A stretch of 64,000 bases of DNA. Source: a bacterium (GTDB taxonomy: Bacteria; Zixibacteria; MSB-5A5; GN15; FEB-12). Position 1 is the first letter of the stretch. Each line of letters begins with the position of its first letter. The translations under genes were made by a program, and so were the position numbers. Where the stretch lies: positions 182 through 64,181 of the forward strand of contig JAUWMW010000001.1 in NCBI GenBank assembly GCA_030612965.1, given 5' to 3'. Under the pieces are notes generated by a model that made no database searches, was not told the origin of the DNA, and saw only the letters and a list, made by a program, of their open reading frames with translations. Below, piece after piece: positions 63,556 through 64,000 of this stretch.

Positions 63556-64000
63556 GACTCCTACCCTGCATATTCATCCTGTTGCTGGCCGGGAGCGTGA
63601 TGGCCGACCTGACACCCTCGGTACGCTACTTCAATTTCGATTACAACGGTGCTGTTTTGGTGGACTCTCTTGATTCGATTTACGCTGGACGATACGAAGT
63701 CCTCGTAGCCGACCAAGGTGGCACCAGTTGGGGCACCAAGTACACTGCGATCTACGCTTACGATAACACGTTTCAGTTTTATCAATATCTCGACCTTCAT
63801 AATGCCTGGGGCGAAAGTGGAAACATCGGGCAGATAAACGAGCGGATGGCGGGGGGATTGGCGGACTCAACGTCGATGTACTGGCATAGTCTGGATTCTT
63901 GTGAGTACGATACATCAGGAAGTACAAGCTGGATGGTTCCATATTCCGAAAGTGAGGCAGGGTCAAGACTCATTGCCTATAGTGGTACTAGGAGACTCAT
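63552..64000 (+). CDS. Hypothetical protein with signal-peptide-like N-terminus (3'-partial at window end)
   Basis: Hand translation gives MRLLPCIFILLLAGSVMADLTPSVRYFNFDYNG..., open for 149 codons to the window edge. ATGA overlap with the previous gene. Absent from the ORF track because it has no stop. Confidence 0.55.
   Translation, partial: MRLLPCIFILLLAGSVMADLTPSVRYFNFDYNGAVLVDSLDSIYAGRYEVLVADQGGTSWGTKYTAIYAYDNTFQFYQYLDLHNAWGESGNIGQINERMAGGLADSTSMYWHSLDSCEYDTSGSTSWMVPYSESEAGSRLIAYSGTRRL

Larger units (their letters stand above)
1..64000. mobile_element. Tailed dsDNA phage genome (contractile-tail type) or prophage interior; no host flank recognised
   Basis: Continuous phage modules: baseplate/fibres, lysis, switch, recombination/replication, terminase, portal, capsid, sheath/tube/tape measure. 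Genes are co-oriented with overlapping stop-start junctions. Confidence 0.9.

Noticed and set aside
1-64000. Search for CRISPR arrays, tRNA/tmRNA genes, integrase, transposase, reverse transcriptase/DGR, and inteins or homing endonucleases in terL, portal or MTases
   Set aside because: By eye, no spaced direct-repeat arrays and no tRNA-like T-arm/anticodon architecture appear in the few non-coding gaps. No ORF carries tyrosine/serine recombinase, DDE, YxDD or LAGLIDADG/HNH motifs. A tRNAscan/Infernal run would be needed to exclude small RNAs formally.

Overview
The whole 64-kb window reads as one tailed dsDNA phage (or the interior of a prophage) with a contractile tail. I recognised no host flank, tRNA, rRNA, CRISPR array, integrase, transposase or reverse transcriptase. 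Almost every gene is on the + strand and tightly packed, with many ATGA/GTGA/TGATG stop-start overlaps. The standard genetic code applies, with TGA, TAA and TAG all used as stops.

Module order:
- 1-8.5 kb: distal baseplate and fibres (gp25/W-like, J-like, and a LamG + P2-gpI-like + discoidin fusion).
- 8.5-10.2 kb: lysis cassette (M15 peptidase, holin-like protein, two small membrane proteins, terminator).
- 10.2-11.7 kb: the only minus-strand block. It is a switch region holding an RHH protein, tiny ORFs, two strong minus-strand intrinsic terminators and a candidate small RNA, facing an XRE-type HTH gene.
- 11.9-26.3 kb: early genes (YqaJ exonuclease, putative annealing protein, SMC/Rad50-like ATPase, replication organiser with internal iterons, DnaC-like loader, SPPY DNA methyltransferase, DnaQ-like exonuclease, RusA).
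- 26.5-29.9 kb: a middle cluster (AAA+ clamp-loader-like ATPase, YkgJ-type Cys-rich protein, lipoprotein, DUF5131/Gp37-Gp68).
- 30.2-35.2 kb: ParB-DNA methyltransferase, small and large terminase, portal.
- 35.2-46.4 kb: an unusual ~11-kb insertion between the portal and MuF-like head genes. It holds a third DNA methyltransferase, a small methyltransferase-fold protein and a 2120-aa multidomain protein.
- 46.4-54.8 kb: head and connector genes.
- 54.2-64.0 kb: tail genes (DUF4255-like, sheath, two tubes, chaperone, tape measure, LysM/gpX, gpD-like hub, gpV-like spike).

The most striking feature is the C-terminal third of the 2120-aa protein, which is about 49 consecutive 14-residue [LIV]-[ED]-[WYF]-x-G repeats.

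The tail/baseplate module is split across the two window ends.

All functional calls come from motifs read by eye and from gene order. No database search was possible.
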